Source: the human T2T-CHM13v2.0 reference genome, Homo sapiens
DNA: 64,000 nucleotides
NCBI RefSeq assembly: GCF_009914755.1
Contig: NC_060947.1
Direction: 5' to 3' (one strand)
In this document: piece by piece, positions 27,560 through 42,020 of the stretch
Layout: each line of letters starts with the position of its first letter
Numbering within the stretch: the first letter of the stretch is position 1
Notes under the pieces: model-generated
Seen by the model: the letters and a program-made list of their open reading frames with translations, nothing else
Database searches by the model: none
What the model was told of the DNA's origin: nothing
Made by a program: the position numbers and the translations under genes

Positions 27560-28092
27560 GGTCTATTCTGCATTAAAAAAAACTTAAAACAATAAAAATT
27601 TACCATTACATATTAGTCTGTGGTTGAGCTGAAACTTCTGCTGATCTGAGCCAGGTATGACTGATGTGGAATGACTTGCTCATATGTCTGCATTGAGCCA
27701 GTGAGTTGGCCAGAGGCTGGTTCTTACAGGATGGTCTCATTCATATGTCTGATGACTGGATGGATAGGTGTAGGCAGGGGCAATAAGGGTGACTGGTATC
27801 TCATCATTCAACAGATTAGCCTGGGCATTAGCCTGGGCTTGATCACTTGATAATGAATGATTCCAAGAGAATGAGTGGAAGCATACAATGTCTCTGGTTC
27901 TAGCCTCAAAACTGGCACAACGTAATGCTTGCTGCACTCTATTTGTTAAATAAGTCGCAAGAACACCACAGATCCATGTGGTAGAAAATAGACTCTTTCT
28001 TTTGGTGGAATGAGTGACAAAGTCACATTTCACAGGTGCATGGGTAGAAGAACAGGAATAACTGGAGTCACAATTGCAAATGATCCACAATA
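27560..28092 (-). mobile_element. MLT1 (G/H-like) LTR, degenerate
   Basis: ctctggttctagcctcaaaactggcaca...taagtcgcaag...caaagtcacatttcaca. Confidence 0.55.
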
Positions 28093-28884
28093 CCCTCTTA
28101 TAGATGTTTGACTATTTGTGCACTTACCTTTATATACTTACTTAAAAATTCTAGAGGAAGTGAAAATCGAGACATACTACTTGGATTTAGAAATTCAAAC
28201 TACTTTGTGATGGAAGAAATGGTCTGTTTCTTATTCATACATAAAGTTCATTATAGATAAAAATGTTATCACCTGGCAAAATCAGTTTATTTCTTAATTT
28301 AATGCCTCTTAGTTACCAAGTAGCTGTTTACAAATAATGAACACACACAAGAAACTTTTATGTTGAATACATAAATAAGAAAAAAAATGAATAACTACGT
28401 CTTATCTAATCACTATATTTTCTTTCGTGTAATGCTACTAGTATATTCATGAAACTAAACATTTGAAGATAAAAATACTTTGTATGTGCATTTTAAACAC
28501 TATGAGAGACTTCCTAAATTATTTAGCATATTACTGCCATGCTCATATATTATTCTACATACTTCAAATAACTATATTGGTTTGGAAATCCATAATACTC
28601 AGAGATTTCCAAATTTCACCCATTGGAATACTTAAATATGTATTATTTGATAGGGAACATTCAAGTATATCCAAATATATTCTAAAAACCACCATAAATA
28701 TTTCACAGGTGTAGAAGAAATAGGTAGAATAGGATGGGTTTTGCTGCATTAATAGACATCCCAAATATCTCAATGGCTTGATCCAATAAAATAATTTCAT
28801 GCCAAGTATATTGTACATCTCCCTGACATTCCAGGTCAGCTATGTTGGCTCAAATTTCCAGGATGCACAAATGTTATGATACCT

Positions 28885-29283
28885 TGTTTTAGGCTGTTCT
28901 TGCATTGCTATAAATAAATACCTTATGTTGGGTAATTTATAAAGAAAAGAAAGTTAATTGGCTCACGATTCTGTAGGATGTGTAGGAAGAATGGCACTGG
29001 CATCTGCTCAGCTTCTGGGGATGCCTGAGGGAGCTTTTACTCATGGCAGAAGAGGAAGTGGGAGCAGGCATCTCACATGGCAAGAACCGGAGAGAGGCGG
29101 GAGATGCCACACACTTTTAAATGACCAGACCTCCCGAGAACTCGCTATCGCAATGACAACACCAAGCCATGAAGGATCCTCCCCCAAGATCCAGACACCT
29201 CCAACCAGGCCCCATCTCCAATATGCGGGGTTATTTTGTTTCAACATGAGATTTGGGCAAGGACAAATATCCAAACTATATCA
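28885..29283 (-). mobile_element. MST (MSTA/MSTB) solo LTR nested in an older MLT1-like LTR
   Basis: TG...CA ends and a perfect 5-bp TSD tacct (28880-28884, 29284-29288). Confidence 0.9.
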
Positions 29284-32200
29284 TACCTCCATGAAAGTCA
29301 TGAAAGAGTCAAAAGCAGGTTCACGAGTCAAACTCAAGTTATCCATTACTTTGATCTGAAATTAGTACATATTACTTCCATTTACTTTGTATTAGCCAAA
29401 GCAAGTCATGTGGCCACTCCTGTCTTTGCAGGGTGTGGAGTGGTGGCAGTAAGATGCAGTCCTTGCACTCCTTCAGTATGTCTGTAAGGAGAACTGGTAA
29501 TATTGGTGAACTGAGCTAATGTCCCCCACTATAGCTGTTATTAATTTGGGTGATTAAAAAAATCTTAGTCACACTTTTTCAATAGGAAATTTACAGACTT
29601 GAATTCCCCATGAATGTGAGAGAAAAGTGACATACAAATGATGCTCTTCTGGCCTAACAAAGAAAACATAAATTTGCAGCTTTCAGGGAGTGCTATCAAT
29701 TTAAACGAATTGCTAGGAGTATAGTTATTAAGTAAGATATTTTATCAGAATTCCAGGCTTTTTAAAAATTAAAGTTTATTTTTAGAAGGTATAGCAACTA
29801 CCTTGTGTTCAGGGTGTCTTAAATATTTTTATCACATGTAAGGAAAGTTTTAAGCAAGGAAAGCTTTAAGACAGCAGAAGAGTGTCTATTTTGTATCCTA
29901 TAGAAGGGACTATTTTCTCTTGATTTTGTGGAGGTTTCTTTTACGGAAAAACTAAAAAGCTTTTTGTTTTTAAAGCCAAGTAGTGGATTTAAAAAGAAAG
30001 AAGGCCAGCAAGAAAAGTGTAAACTTCTGTAACATGGTAAAGAAAGGGCCAGAATGAGATTAAAGTAGAGCATAGGGCATATAATCTTCTGCATCTACAC
30101 TGATGATATGGTGTATATTAAGTTTTCCTATGGTCATATTTTTCTCTTGATCATCTCCCACATTGGATGCAATAATGTCTAAATTCAGAGAAATTATGCT
30201 TTAATTTTTCAGTTATTGTACAGGGAAGATCTCTATAGAACACATGCCAGTCAACTAGGAAGGGTAAAATATTAATATTTCCATATCCATAAATGCAGAA
30301 TAACAGATATACTAATCAGATTATCTGGTCATCAGCTATTAAGAAATAAGTTGACATCATATGAAGGAGGGCAAATGAGCAATACAAATCTGGTACTTGT
30401 TTCTTAATATTTCAGAGAAAAGGAGAAAAGAAAAGGCCTATATACGAAGGGGACTATAATGAATCATTTGGTATTCATATGGCAGCAAAGGAAAAATGTT
30501 TATATGTGAGAAGAAATGATAATGGTGGTGAAAGGTAGCCTAGTTGCCCTAAATATAAGACACAGACTTCAACATTTTGCATAAAATGGACCTTGGTTAT
30601 TTTATTTCAGTCTATTTTACTCCAATCAAATGTTGCTGCTCTGAGATTTAAGAATAGTTTGCCCTTAAATATGATAATCCCAAAGTGAGTAGAATTAGCA
30701 TGTATCTGTTTGAGGTTTGACATGTATAAACTTTTTGTCGTCATCTGTTTATGTTAATAACATCATTTTGTTAAAATTGGACAAGAGCTGTAGAAAGCAC
30801 TTGTTGCTTATTTATTCTTATTTACTCTCTTAGCTTGGTTATTTTAAAATACCATATTTATTTATGGAGAAGTTGCTTGTTATACTAGACTTTTCAAGTG
30901 TACCTCACTGACAGGAACTTGACCCAGGAAGAAAATTGTGTGTTTGTGTCAGAAAATATTAATCACATAGAAATGTAGATTCAGTGACCTTCATTGCCCT
31001 ATCTTTTCTCGGATCTCATAAACTGATTTTGGGACTCCGATGGCAAATTTTAATGGAAAACTGCTATAATTGCTTGTAGACTTTAGAGAGTCAGAATGCA
31101 ACATCATGCTGTTCAGTCAGTTCAAATCAACACCCACTACACTATTAGATCTATATACAGGCCAGCAGATAGGCTGATATTACCAGAGCTGCAATCTCTT
31201 AGGTGATAAGGTATAAATCAAAGCTTAGGAAGCTATATGTAAGGGAATATACAACTCAAAGCCCTTTCTGTTTGGCAATATTAAGATACCACATTGTTTT
31301 TCACCCCAAGTGAGGTGAACTAGCCACGGAAAAATTCAAACTTCTAAATATTTGTCATCTTTCTGGAAAAAAAGGGGCTAGTTATGCTCTGTTAAAAAAG
31401 TGACTACTTAAGCGATTAACATGACAATCTTCATTGAATTTTAACTTATATTGCCAAGATGCAAGTTTATCCTTCACATTTTGTTGCTAATTTTCAACAT
31501 AAATATGTGTATGCCAAGTGTTTAAAAATAATACTCTACATTCTTAGATGTGACAAATATGGCATGCACTAATATCTAAGAATGAAAGGGAAGGTTACTC
31601 TGAGAGGCTAGATGTGTGTGCTAGTAGGAATCAAATCATTTTTTTCCTCTGTCCTTACTCTTAAGCTACTAAAACTCAGGACTTCATATTTTTTTATGTT
31701 ATGTTGATGTTATGATCTACAGTGCCAGAGAACCCAGCCTATTAGCCTTAAGCTCATCCATTCTTGCTGAGTATGCTTCTTACACTACTGGCCATTTTGT
31801 AAACATGTCCCATTTGTCAAAATACAGACATGGGAGGTATAGATTGCTATTCATTGCATGTGCTGAAAAAAACTGCTGACCATGGACATTTTATTGAATG
31901 CCTCTGCAACACCATCTTGAAATATAACAAATCGTATATGAGAAAGTAATAAAGAAGGATTGCTTCAAATTTGTTAATTTACCTATTTTCCTCAAGCACA
32001 TGTACGTCCATTGTCCGAACAGAAAGAGAAAAAAGCAATATCTTTGGCACTAGCTTCCAGTGGATTCCCTGGAGCTAACTGTGTAAACAACTGCTGTCTC
32101 TGACCTTTTGTTGCAAGCATTTACAAAAGTAGTACATTTTAAACATATGTTGAATATAAGGCTTTATGTTCTGCAATGGGTATGTAGCAGTAAATGAGGC

Positions 32201-32437
32201 AGATATAATCTGGGAGTCAAATGTTATTAAACTCTAGCAGCTCTGCAAGGTACTTTATAACATGAGAGACACACCCAGCCACCCACCCCTATTCCCCAAA
32301 CACAGAAATATAGTTGGTAAAAAAAATGCAAAACAGCAAAGTGTCAGTTCAATTGGTGAGCATAAATTCATTACCACAGGCAAGTAATTTCATGGCTATT
32401 TGAAACACAAGAAATAACTCTAGAAGTAAAGAAATAT

Positions 32438-32899
<462 letters not shown>

Positions 32900-34609
32900 T
32901 TAGTCACTTAATACTAAGTGTTTTGCCAGTACACTGGTGAAATATACAAATAGTTAACAACAGAAGTGCTGAACTTCATATGACCATTAAGATTATTCTT
33001 TGATATTTATACATAATTTTTCAAGCCTAATACCTTTAATTCTATAGAAAATCCCCTTTCCTCCCCAGATTTATGCAAACAGCATAGAATCTTTATTCTC
33101 ATGGTAAATTCTTGTTCCTCCTACTTTCCACCAACAAACTTTAGATCTAATATCTTATTGCTTTTGCTAAGTTATGTGCAAATGTGAAACTCAGCCTGTA
33201 TTCCTTAATTACTGAAAAAAGCACTTGTTTGTATCATCAATGTATGTAGCATATTTTAAAGGGTGTTTATTCATGAAGATTTCTATCAAATAATATCTTA
33301 AATTTCCATATTAATTTATGTTTGCAAAAGATTTTTAAACCCCTTCCGCAGGTATTTTTCCCACTGGCAAGCTTTCTCAGAATAGATGTTCTAAAAAGAT
33401 TGCTGGGTGTCGTTAAAAGAAAACTAGGCATTGTATAAGCACATACTTCTGGACTTTCTGACCCATATAGGGTCACTTTACCTTTCCTAGTTTTTGAGCT
33501 CTTTGACAACTCTGTTAGTTGTAGAAACTGACAGCAATATGAATGATTCTTGTCCATAATCATACCAATATATTTTGTCCATTAGAAATGCAATTAATCT
33601 CTCTCTCTACAAACCACTGTTACATTTCATTATAAATATATTTCAGCATCATTTAATGCTTATATATGTGTGGTTCTTTGAATGTCCTTTGAACTAGTTG
33701 CAACATACTAGTTACTGGTTCCCATATCAATTAGCAAATTTAAAAGTATGTTTGGCATGTGCTCATTCTATATTTGTGTGAGAAAAGATTATGAACTCTT
33801 GAAACTGTAACTTTCAGGATCTAATACAATTTACTAAATTCATTCTGTCCTTCTAGATAACCCATCTACCCCTGCTTCTTCATTTTCAGAAATTTTTTGT
33901 GTGTACTATCACAGAATCAATTACCATTAGACTTATTTGAATAATATATCCAAGGATGTATTTTTGTGCACACTTAAAAACCATAATACCCAGGTTTCTA
34001 CTTTAAGCATCTGAAAATAATTTGAAGAAATGATAAAATTCTATATATTTTCTAAAGTTCCGTATGTTGTTCTCTTTCCCCCATTAGTGTATGTAATTTG
34101 AAGAGAGCAGAATAGATATATACTTCCTATTGATACAGCTTATGCCATGGCTATTAGAAATAAGAAGTATCAACCATGTAGTCTGACTTTTTTAACCCTG
34201 ATTCATGCCTGCAGTATATATGGAAGTTTAAGTTGTTATATGTTGATATGGGATTGATTTTATAATGTTGAATGAGTACTTCTTAAATAATTTTCTTATT
34301 TTATTACCTTTTTGATTTCTAGAATTGAAAGAATCTCTAATTCTTAGATGTCCTTCAGCCAGGGGGCCTACAAATACAGGCCAGCAATAAAAATAAAATG
34401 ATAAATCCTTCTCCATCTTTTTTTTCTTTTCTCCTGTGGGAGCCTTCTCTAGGATGACTCATGTCCATTCTTATTCTAGGCAATAATGAACCTTACTACA
34501 AAGTTGTGGTCAGTTTCATTTTGCAAAGCCATAAAAAGTTATGAATTAATCACAACTTTATAGTTTGGAACATTATTCACCTATGTTTAGAAGCTCAAAC
34601 TTTAAAGTT

Positions 34610-35524
34610 CATCAGGGGAACCCGCCCTTGATAATTCATCGTTATTTCATGTAGGTTCTTTTCTATTTCCCTAAATGTTGGCCGGTCTGAGAAATAAAGG
34701 GAAAGAGTACAAAAGAGAGAAATTTTAAAGCTGGGTGTCCGGGGGAGACATCACATGTCAGCAGGTTCCATGATGCCCCCTGAGCCGTAAAACCAGCAAG
34801 TTTTTATTAGCAATTTTCAAAGGGGAGGGAATGTATGAATAGGGTGTGGGTCACAGAGATCACATGCTTCAAGGGCGACAAAAGATCACAAGGCAGAAGG
34901 TCCGGGCGAAACTAGAATCACTAATGAACTTCCATGTCCTGCTGTGCACGCATTGTCAGGGTTCAAGAGCAGAGAACCGGACTGACTAGAATTCACCAGG
35001 CTGGAATTTCTTAATCCTAGCAAGCCTGGGGCCACTGCAGGAGGCCAGGGCGCATTTCATCCCTTACCTGCAACTGCATAAGGCAAACATTCCTAGGGCG
35101 GCCATTTTAGAGGCCCCCCCGGGAATGCATTCTTTTCCCAGGGCTGTTAATTATTAATATTCCTTAATTAATATGGCTCTGTCCTGCCCGGCCCACAGGC
35201 AGCCAGACTTTAAGGTTATCTCCCTTGTTTCCTGAAAATCGCTATTATCCTGTTCTTAAGGTGCCCAGATTTCATATTGTTCAAACACACATGCTCTACA
35301 AACAATTTGTGCAGTTAATGCAATCATCACAGGGTCCTGAGGTGACATACATCCTCAGCGTACAAAGATGACGGGATTAAGAGATTAAAGTAAAGACAGG
35401 CATAGGAAATTATAAGAGTATTGATTGGGGAAGTGATAAATGTCCATGAAATCTTCACAATTTATGTTCTTCTGTCACAACTTCAGCAGGTGCCTCCATT
35501 CGGGGTTCCTGACTTCCCGCAACA
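34610..35524 (-). mobile_element. MER11 solo LTR (HERV-K11/HML-8)
   Basis: Reverse complement starts TGTTGCGGGAAGTCAGG...GAAGAACATAAATTGTGAAGATTTCATGGACATTTATCAC. Confidence 0.9.
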
Positions 35525-37259
35525 AAGTAAGAGAATGTTCATATTCATAGGAAGGAAGAACTGACAGGATGGCTGAAATCTCATGTGACTTGAAAACTTG
35601 TTATATTCAACTGTAATCATAAGTGTACCCGAACCCATATCAGTCTTCACTCTGGCCATCAACACAGTAGCTGTATTAGAGTAATGGAAAAATATAGTGG
35701 AAAAATGAGAACTGTTAAAAGAAATTTAACTCGTACAGATTTCACCTTCCTTTAGGTACTTTGCTATTAAATAAAATGTGAAAGAATATAAATATATGAA
35801 CATGAAGATAATATTAAAAATAATCATTTTTTAAAACAATGGGATATATGTCTTCCTGTCTTCCTACATATAGGAAACTCTGTTGGCTTAAGAGGAACTG
35901 CCAAAACATTATTTATCTAGTGACCAAATAACATGGAAAGATTCCTTAAATCGTGAATTAATATAAGAAGTGCTCCTTTGAAAAGTAAAGCTATTGCTTA
36001 CAAAATCTAAGAAAAAAACCCTTTATTCAGGTTATAAACCATATGATTATATTTATCTTTTAAGTTTTCATGAAGAAAATGTTCATAGTTTTAATGAAAA
36101 TGAGAAACTGGAATTGAAATGTTATATTATTATAGTCAAAAATGAACTGCATATAAATTATACTGATTCAAGTTTCTATTAATGCAAAAATATGTAATTG
36201 GGTCATTATTATTTATAAAACACAATAACAAATGAAACATTTAGCTTTAAATGCTTACTGTAGCATATATTGAACTATGAATTAACTGTCCATTTATCAA
36301 AATAAATAGAAAAAGCAAATACTATGGGATACAAGGGTAAAAAATGAACACCACATGGACTGAGTCTATCTATGTGCTGACTGTGACACAGCGGAGTCAA
36401 TAATTCCATCTTCAATTCTGCTTTGTTGGTCACAGCTGGACTAATCATGCAATAAGCTGCACAGATCATAAAGACAGCCAATATAATCATGTAGGTCAGG
36501 AGGGTTGCCCATCAGTCTGCTTAATGTGAATATGATCGGAATCAAAAGAAGCTGGCCACAATGAAAGAAATTACCTAGAAATGTAGATCAAAGAGATATA
36601 ATCAGCATTAGTAATTCATCCCTGAATACAAATGCAGAATATAGACTATTACTTTTCACAGAACTTTCAACTAACCCTGCTTTGTCAATGTACAATGATC
36701 CTTCATGAAGATTTTCTTACACAGAGACAGCTTGGAAGTTTCCAGAAAAATTGACTGTCAAAAAACTTAACTTGTCTTAGGTAAAGATTGATCATTTTAT
36801 TTTTCTTTTAAATCATTGGAATGGGAAATATTCTATTTCTTTTTCACAATCCTATACTCACACACACAAATATACACACACATGTATGTACAGAAATTCA
36901 TACATACAATACTCTTACTCTGTTGTGCTGCCTTAAAGAAGAAAACTAAACCCAGAACCAGAAGTAATCCTAATGTTATTATAAAAATTTGCAAAATATT
37001 CATGAAGATTATACATTTTAAAATTTCAGATTTTATTTTAGAAGGAGTATTTCTTCTGGACAGATGTATTTACTAAAATTGATGTTTTGCTTTGTTGTGT
37101 CTGTGTGAAAATAAGTGTTTTTTAATGATGTAAAATTTGCACACAATAAAATACACTTCTTAAGTGAACAGATGGATGAACTTCGAAAATAGCATACATG
37201 TATGTAATCCATACAGCTATCAAAACATTGACAATGTTGAATTTCACCAGGGCTCTATG

Positions 37260-37830
37260 ATTCCGTAAACAGCTACGATTAAATCTCTTTAATCATTTAT
37301 GTTCCATTTGGCTTACTGCAAAGAAACACCATTCCTCATATGACTTTGATAAGACACATATATGCCCCCTCTTTACCTATTACAAGGCTGGTCACAGACC
37401 CTTCCAATTTCCATTCTTTGTCTCATAAATGATTAACCAAACACTTGTCCCCACTTAACAATTGGAACAAAATCCTTGTTAAACAAACTTGGATTTAGTT
37501 TCTCTCCTTTCCTAGATCCCTGAACTTTGACCTACCTTTACCCTGAGCCAGTATAATGCCCCTCCTTATCAGCCCCTTCTGAAAATAAGCTGACTTCAGG
37601 GTACAGCATTCTCTGGTCTACTATCCAAGCACAACACCCTTTTTCATACCACTTTCGCCAGCCTGCTTCTCTCTAGCCCTAGCCTTTGTTACTTCTCTCT
37701 TTAAATAAAAGCTTTGTTTCTAATAAACTTTGAGACATTTACAGATCTCATGGTTCCAGTGATCTTCCTGTTGCAATAGTCCCCTTCCTTCATTGCAATA
37801 ATCCTTTCAACCAAAGTCCCTGCAACCTAG
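37260..37830 (+). mobile_element. Old ERV1-class solo LTR (MER31/MER67-like)
   Basis: cctgaactttgacctacc...gccccttctgaaaataagctgac...ttgcaatagtccc; family uncertain. Confidence 0.45.
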
Positions 37831-38311
37831 GTCTACATTTGTTTTTATTTGAGAACATAGAACATTTTCTTTACCCCAGGAAGACTCCTCATTTCCTTCC
37901 CAGTAAATCCCTGCCCCATCCTTTAAAGAGGTAAATCCTGCTTTGATTTTTTCTTTTTTAAGAAAAAAGAAACATTTTAAGAAAATGTGTTGCAACACTT
38001 CTAGAACTTGAAGTGTGATAATGAAGAAAGTACTTTTGTACCGCTTTCTTTGGCTCAGTATAACAGCAGCACTACTGCTATTATAGTATAGATAATTATT
38101 AATATTTGTCGTGGAGATTGTCTTGTGCACTGTAGGATGTTCAGCAACATCCCTCTAGTTTTCTGAAGCTCCTCTCTGAACACTTTCCTTTCTCATCCGT
38201 ATCAAGTCCCTAAAATTAGAGTTATGACAATAGCCTGGAATGATAATCTATTTCTGCTCTGCTCAAGTAGTCCATATTTATTTGTTTGGACTCCACTTCC
38301 TTTGGTTGCAG

Positions 38312-38975
38312 TCTAGAAAATCATTATCCTCAGCAAACTAACAGGAACAGACAACCAAACACCGCATGTTCTCATTCCTAAGTGGGAACTGAACAATGAG
38401 AACACATGGATATCACGTGCGTCCATGTGAAGAGACCACCAAACTGGCTTTGTGTGAGCAAGAAAGCTTTTTAATCACCTGGGTGCAGGCAGGCTGAGTC
38501 CGAAAAGAGAGTCAACGAAGGGAGATAGAGGTGGGGCCGTTTTATAGGATTTGGGTAGGTAATGGAAAATTACAGTCAAAGGGGGTTGTTCTCTGGCGGC
38601 AGGGGTGGGGGTCACAAGGTGCTCAGTGGGGGAGCTTATGAGCCAGGAGAAGGAATTTCACAAGGTAATGTCATCGGTTAAGGCAGGAACCGGCCATTTT
38701 CACTTCTTTTGTGATTCTTCACTTGCTTCAGGCCATCTGGATGTGTAGGTGCAGGCTTGGGCTCAGAGGCCTGACAATGGACGCAGGGAGGGGAGCAACA
38801 CTCACTGGGGCCTGTTGCGGGAGGGCAGAGTGAGAGCATTAGGGAAAAGAGCTAATGCATGTTGCCCTTAATACCTAGCTGATGGGTTGTTAGGTGCAGC
38901 AAACCACCATGGCACACGTTTACCCATGCAACAAACATGCACATCCTGCACATGTGCCCCAGAACTTAAAAAAAA
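38312..38975 (+). mobile_element. L1PA (about PA10-13) 3' end, interrupted by LTR7
   Basis: cattatcctcagcaaactaac...gaacaatgagaacacatgga / ...gtgcagcaaaccaccatggcacac...cagaacttaaaaaa. Confidence 0.85.
38411..38776 (-). mobile_element. LTR7 (HERV-H) solo LTR, short variant
   Basis: Reverse complement TGTCAGGCCTCTGAGCCCAAGCC...CCTATAAAACGGCCCC...GGTGATTAAAAAGC; perfect 5-bp TSD atgga (38406-38410, 38777-38781). Confidence 0.93.
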
Positions 38976-39636
38976 ATACTTTTTTTTTTAGAAAAAGAAA
39001 ACATCTGTTGTCAGAAAGTTGGAGAGATGGCAGAGATCATCTTGTTTCTCTTCTCTCAAAGATCACAGTCTTATTCTACTTATTGTCAAACATCTAAACA
39101 AAGTTATTTGATATTTTTTATTGTGGGGGTTAGTACAATATCAGCTTCTCCTCCATGGCCAAAGTGAAACTCCTATTAAGTCTATTTTAACTGGGCTTTC
39201 TACCTTCCCTAATAAATTATTTTAGAGTCTTAATAAAAAGATATTTGAGTAAACTGGTGACACCAATAAAATGGTAAAGATTTAGAATCTTTTGTGTAAG
39301 TTTAGGTTTATTTTTCAAAGTAATTTTTATATTTTAGTTCAAGTCTAAGATTCATAGAAGTAAATTTACAAACAGGCTAATTCTTAATAACTGAAGATAT
39401 AATTACACATTGATTCTTTTCCTTTTCACACACACTAACATGAGTTCCTCTGCCCATGTTTTAAAAATATTAATTGGTGTCTTTACCATATGCCTAGAGG
39501 AATTGAGTCACAAAGGGGTGTCATAGAGAAACACATTGGAGGCTAATATCAGCAAGCCAGTGAATTAAGTCTGATAGGTTATTAAAATGTAGGTACCAAC
39601 ATGGCTATGAAAAATTAATGATAAAACTATTGGGTA

Positions 39637-39956
<320 letters not shown>

Positions 39957-40989
39957 ATTGGGTATAAGAAAGCAAGGAATACAATAATAAGCAATGTTTC
40001 AGCCAAAGAATGGAATAAATTAGCATATATAAATATCAGGGGCCAGTAGCACTTATGGTATGCTTTTTCAAACTTAAATCTGGTGTCATTTTTAAAGGGT
40101 GCTATTTCTGGGGGAAATGAAACACTCCTCCATTTAAATAATTGATGAATCCCATTAATTCTGTCTTCATAGAATATCCTTAATCCATGTTTGTCTCCAC
40201 ATTCTTACTGTCACATGTTATATCTCATATTGTCCTTGGTTGATATAATAGTCTCTTATCAGGGTTCTTTCTTTCTGATCTTTTCCCATTCTAGTGTATC
40301 CTACATATTGCTGACAAATTTAGATTTTGTAGCTAATTGTTCCACAAACTTTTAATGGCTTCCCACAAACTACAGAATAAAGATTATATTCCATAGCCTC
40401 AAATTGCATATGCTGTTTAATTTGAGGCCAAATGATCTTTTCTGCTTCATCCTTATACTCTGCTGAGTCAACCTACTCATTATTCCACAAATATGCACAT
40501 AAGCATGACACTGTTGTTCCTTCTGTTACTTATTCCCACTTTGTTTGTTATAAGAATCTTTCCTCAACCACATTAAAGAGCAAGAATGGAGTCATATTTA
40601 TCCTTGTGTTGCCAATATAGCCTAGTCTCAGATGAAGTTCAGCAAATGTGGTGAGATAGAGTTCCCACTCTCAGTTCTTTGAAAACTAGGATTTTTATGA
40701 TGTGTGACAGCTCAGAGCAATGTGTTATCTCAATAATGAATCTTCATTGAGCTAGGTAGGTTCTAGGCTTATGATCCATCTAATTCCACTCCAAGTACAA
40801 ATTAGACAGATATTGTTTTTGTGTTCCAGATAAATATTACACAGATTTCTGCCAGAGCCAGAGGAAACTCAGGTAGCAAGATTGTTATCACATTCCCTAA
40901 GTTTTAATTCTGAATGTCAGCCTGTTTCTAATAGGCCTCAGTGAACTAACCAGGAGGACATATTTTAAAAATAAATAAATGAATAAATA

Positions 40990-41807
40990 AACTTTGAACC
41001 CATTTATCTTTTGCCTAAAAGAAACCCACTTCACCTATAAAGACACATATAGACTGAAAATAATGGAATGGAAAAAGTTATTCCATGCCAATGGAAACCA
41101 AAAAAGAGCATCACTTGCTATAGTTATATCAGACAAAATAGATTGCCAGACAAAAACTATAAGAAGAAACAAAGAAGATCATTAGGTAATGATAAAAGTT
41201 CAATTCAGCAAGAGGAGATAACAATTTTATGTATGTATGCATCTAACACTGGAGTGCCCATATATAAAGAAAATACTATTAGACCTTAAAAGAAAGATGG
41301 ACCCCAATGCAACAATAGCCAGAGATTTTAATACCCTACTTGCAGCATTGACCAGATCTTCCAGACAGAAAATCAGCAAAGAAACATCAGATGTAATCTG
41401 CAATATAGACAAAATGGATCTAATAGATGTTTTCAGAACATTTCATCTAAGAGCTACAGAATACACATTCTTTCCTCAGCATGTGAATCATTCTCAAGGA
41501 TAGGCCACATGTTAGGCCACAAAACAAGTCTTAAAACATTCAAAAAATTGAAATAATATCAGCATCTTATCTGACCACAATGCAATAAAACTAGAAATTA
41601 ATAACAAGAAGAATTTAGGAACCCCTACAAATACGTGCAAATTAAACAATATGCTTCTGAATGACCAGTGGGTCAATGAAGAAATTAAGAAAGGAATTAA
41701 AAATTTTCTTGAAACAAATGATAATGGAAACACAACATTTCAAAACCTATAGGATACAGCAAAAGCAGAACTAACAGAGAAGTTTATAGCTACAAGTTCC
41801 TACATCA
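40990..41807 (+). mobile_element. Old L1 ORF2 endonuclease-domain fragment
   Basis: Frameshifted remnants KETHFTYKDTYRLK, HANGNQK, RDFNTLL; no 3' end. Confidence 0.85.
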
Positions 41808-42020
41808 CTGCCACCTCCACCTCCCAGGTTCAAGCGATTCTCCTGCCTCAACCTCTTGAGTAGCTGAGACTCCAGGCATGCACCACCACGCCCAACTGAT
41901 TTTTGTATTTTTTTTTTTTTTTTTAGTAGAGATGGGGTTTCACCATGTTAGCCAGGATGGTCTCGATCTCTTGACCTTGTGATCTGCCTGTCCTGGCCTT
42001 TCAAAGTGCTGGGATTACAG
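41805..42020 (-). mobile_element. AluS fragment truncated at both ends
   Basis: tcactgccacctccacctcccaggttcaagcgattc...aaagtgctgggattacag; lacks tail and first ~20 nt. Confidence 0.88.
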
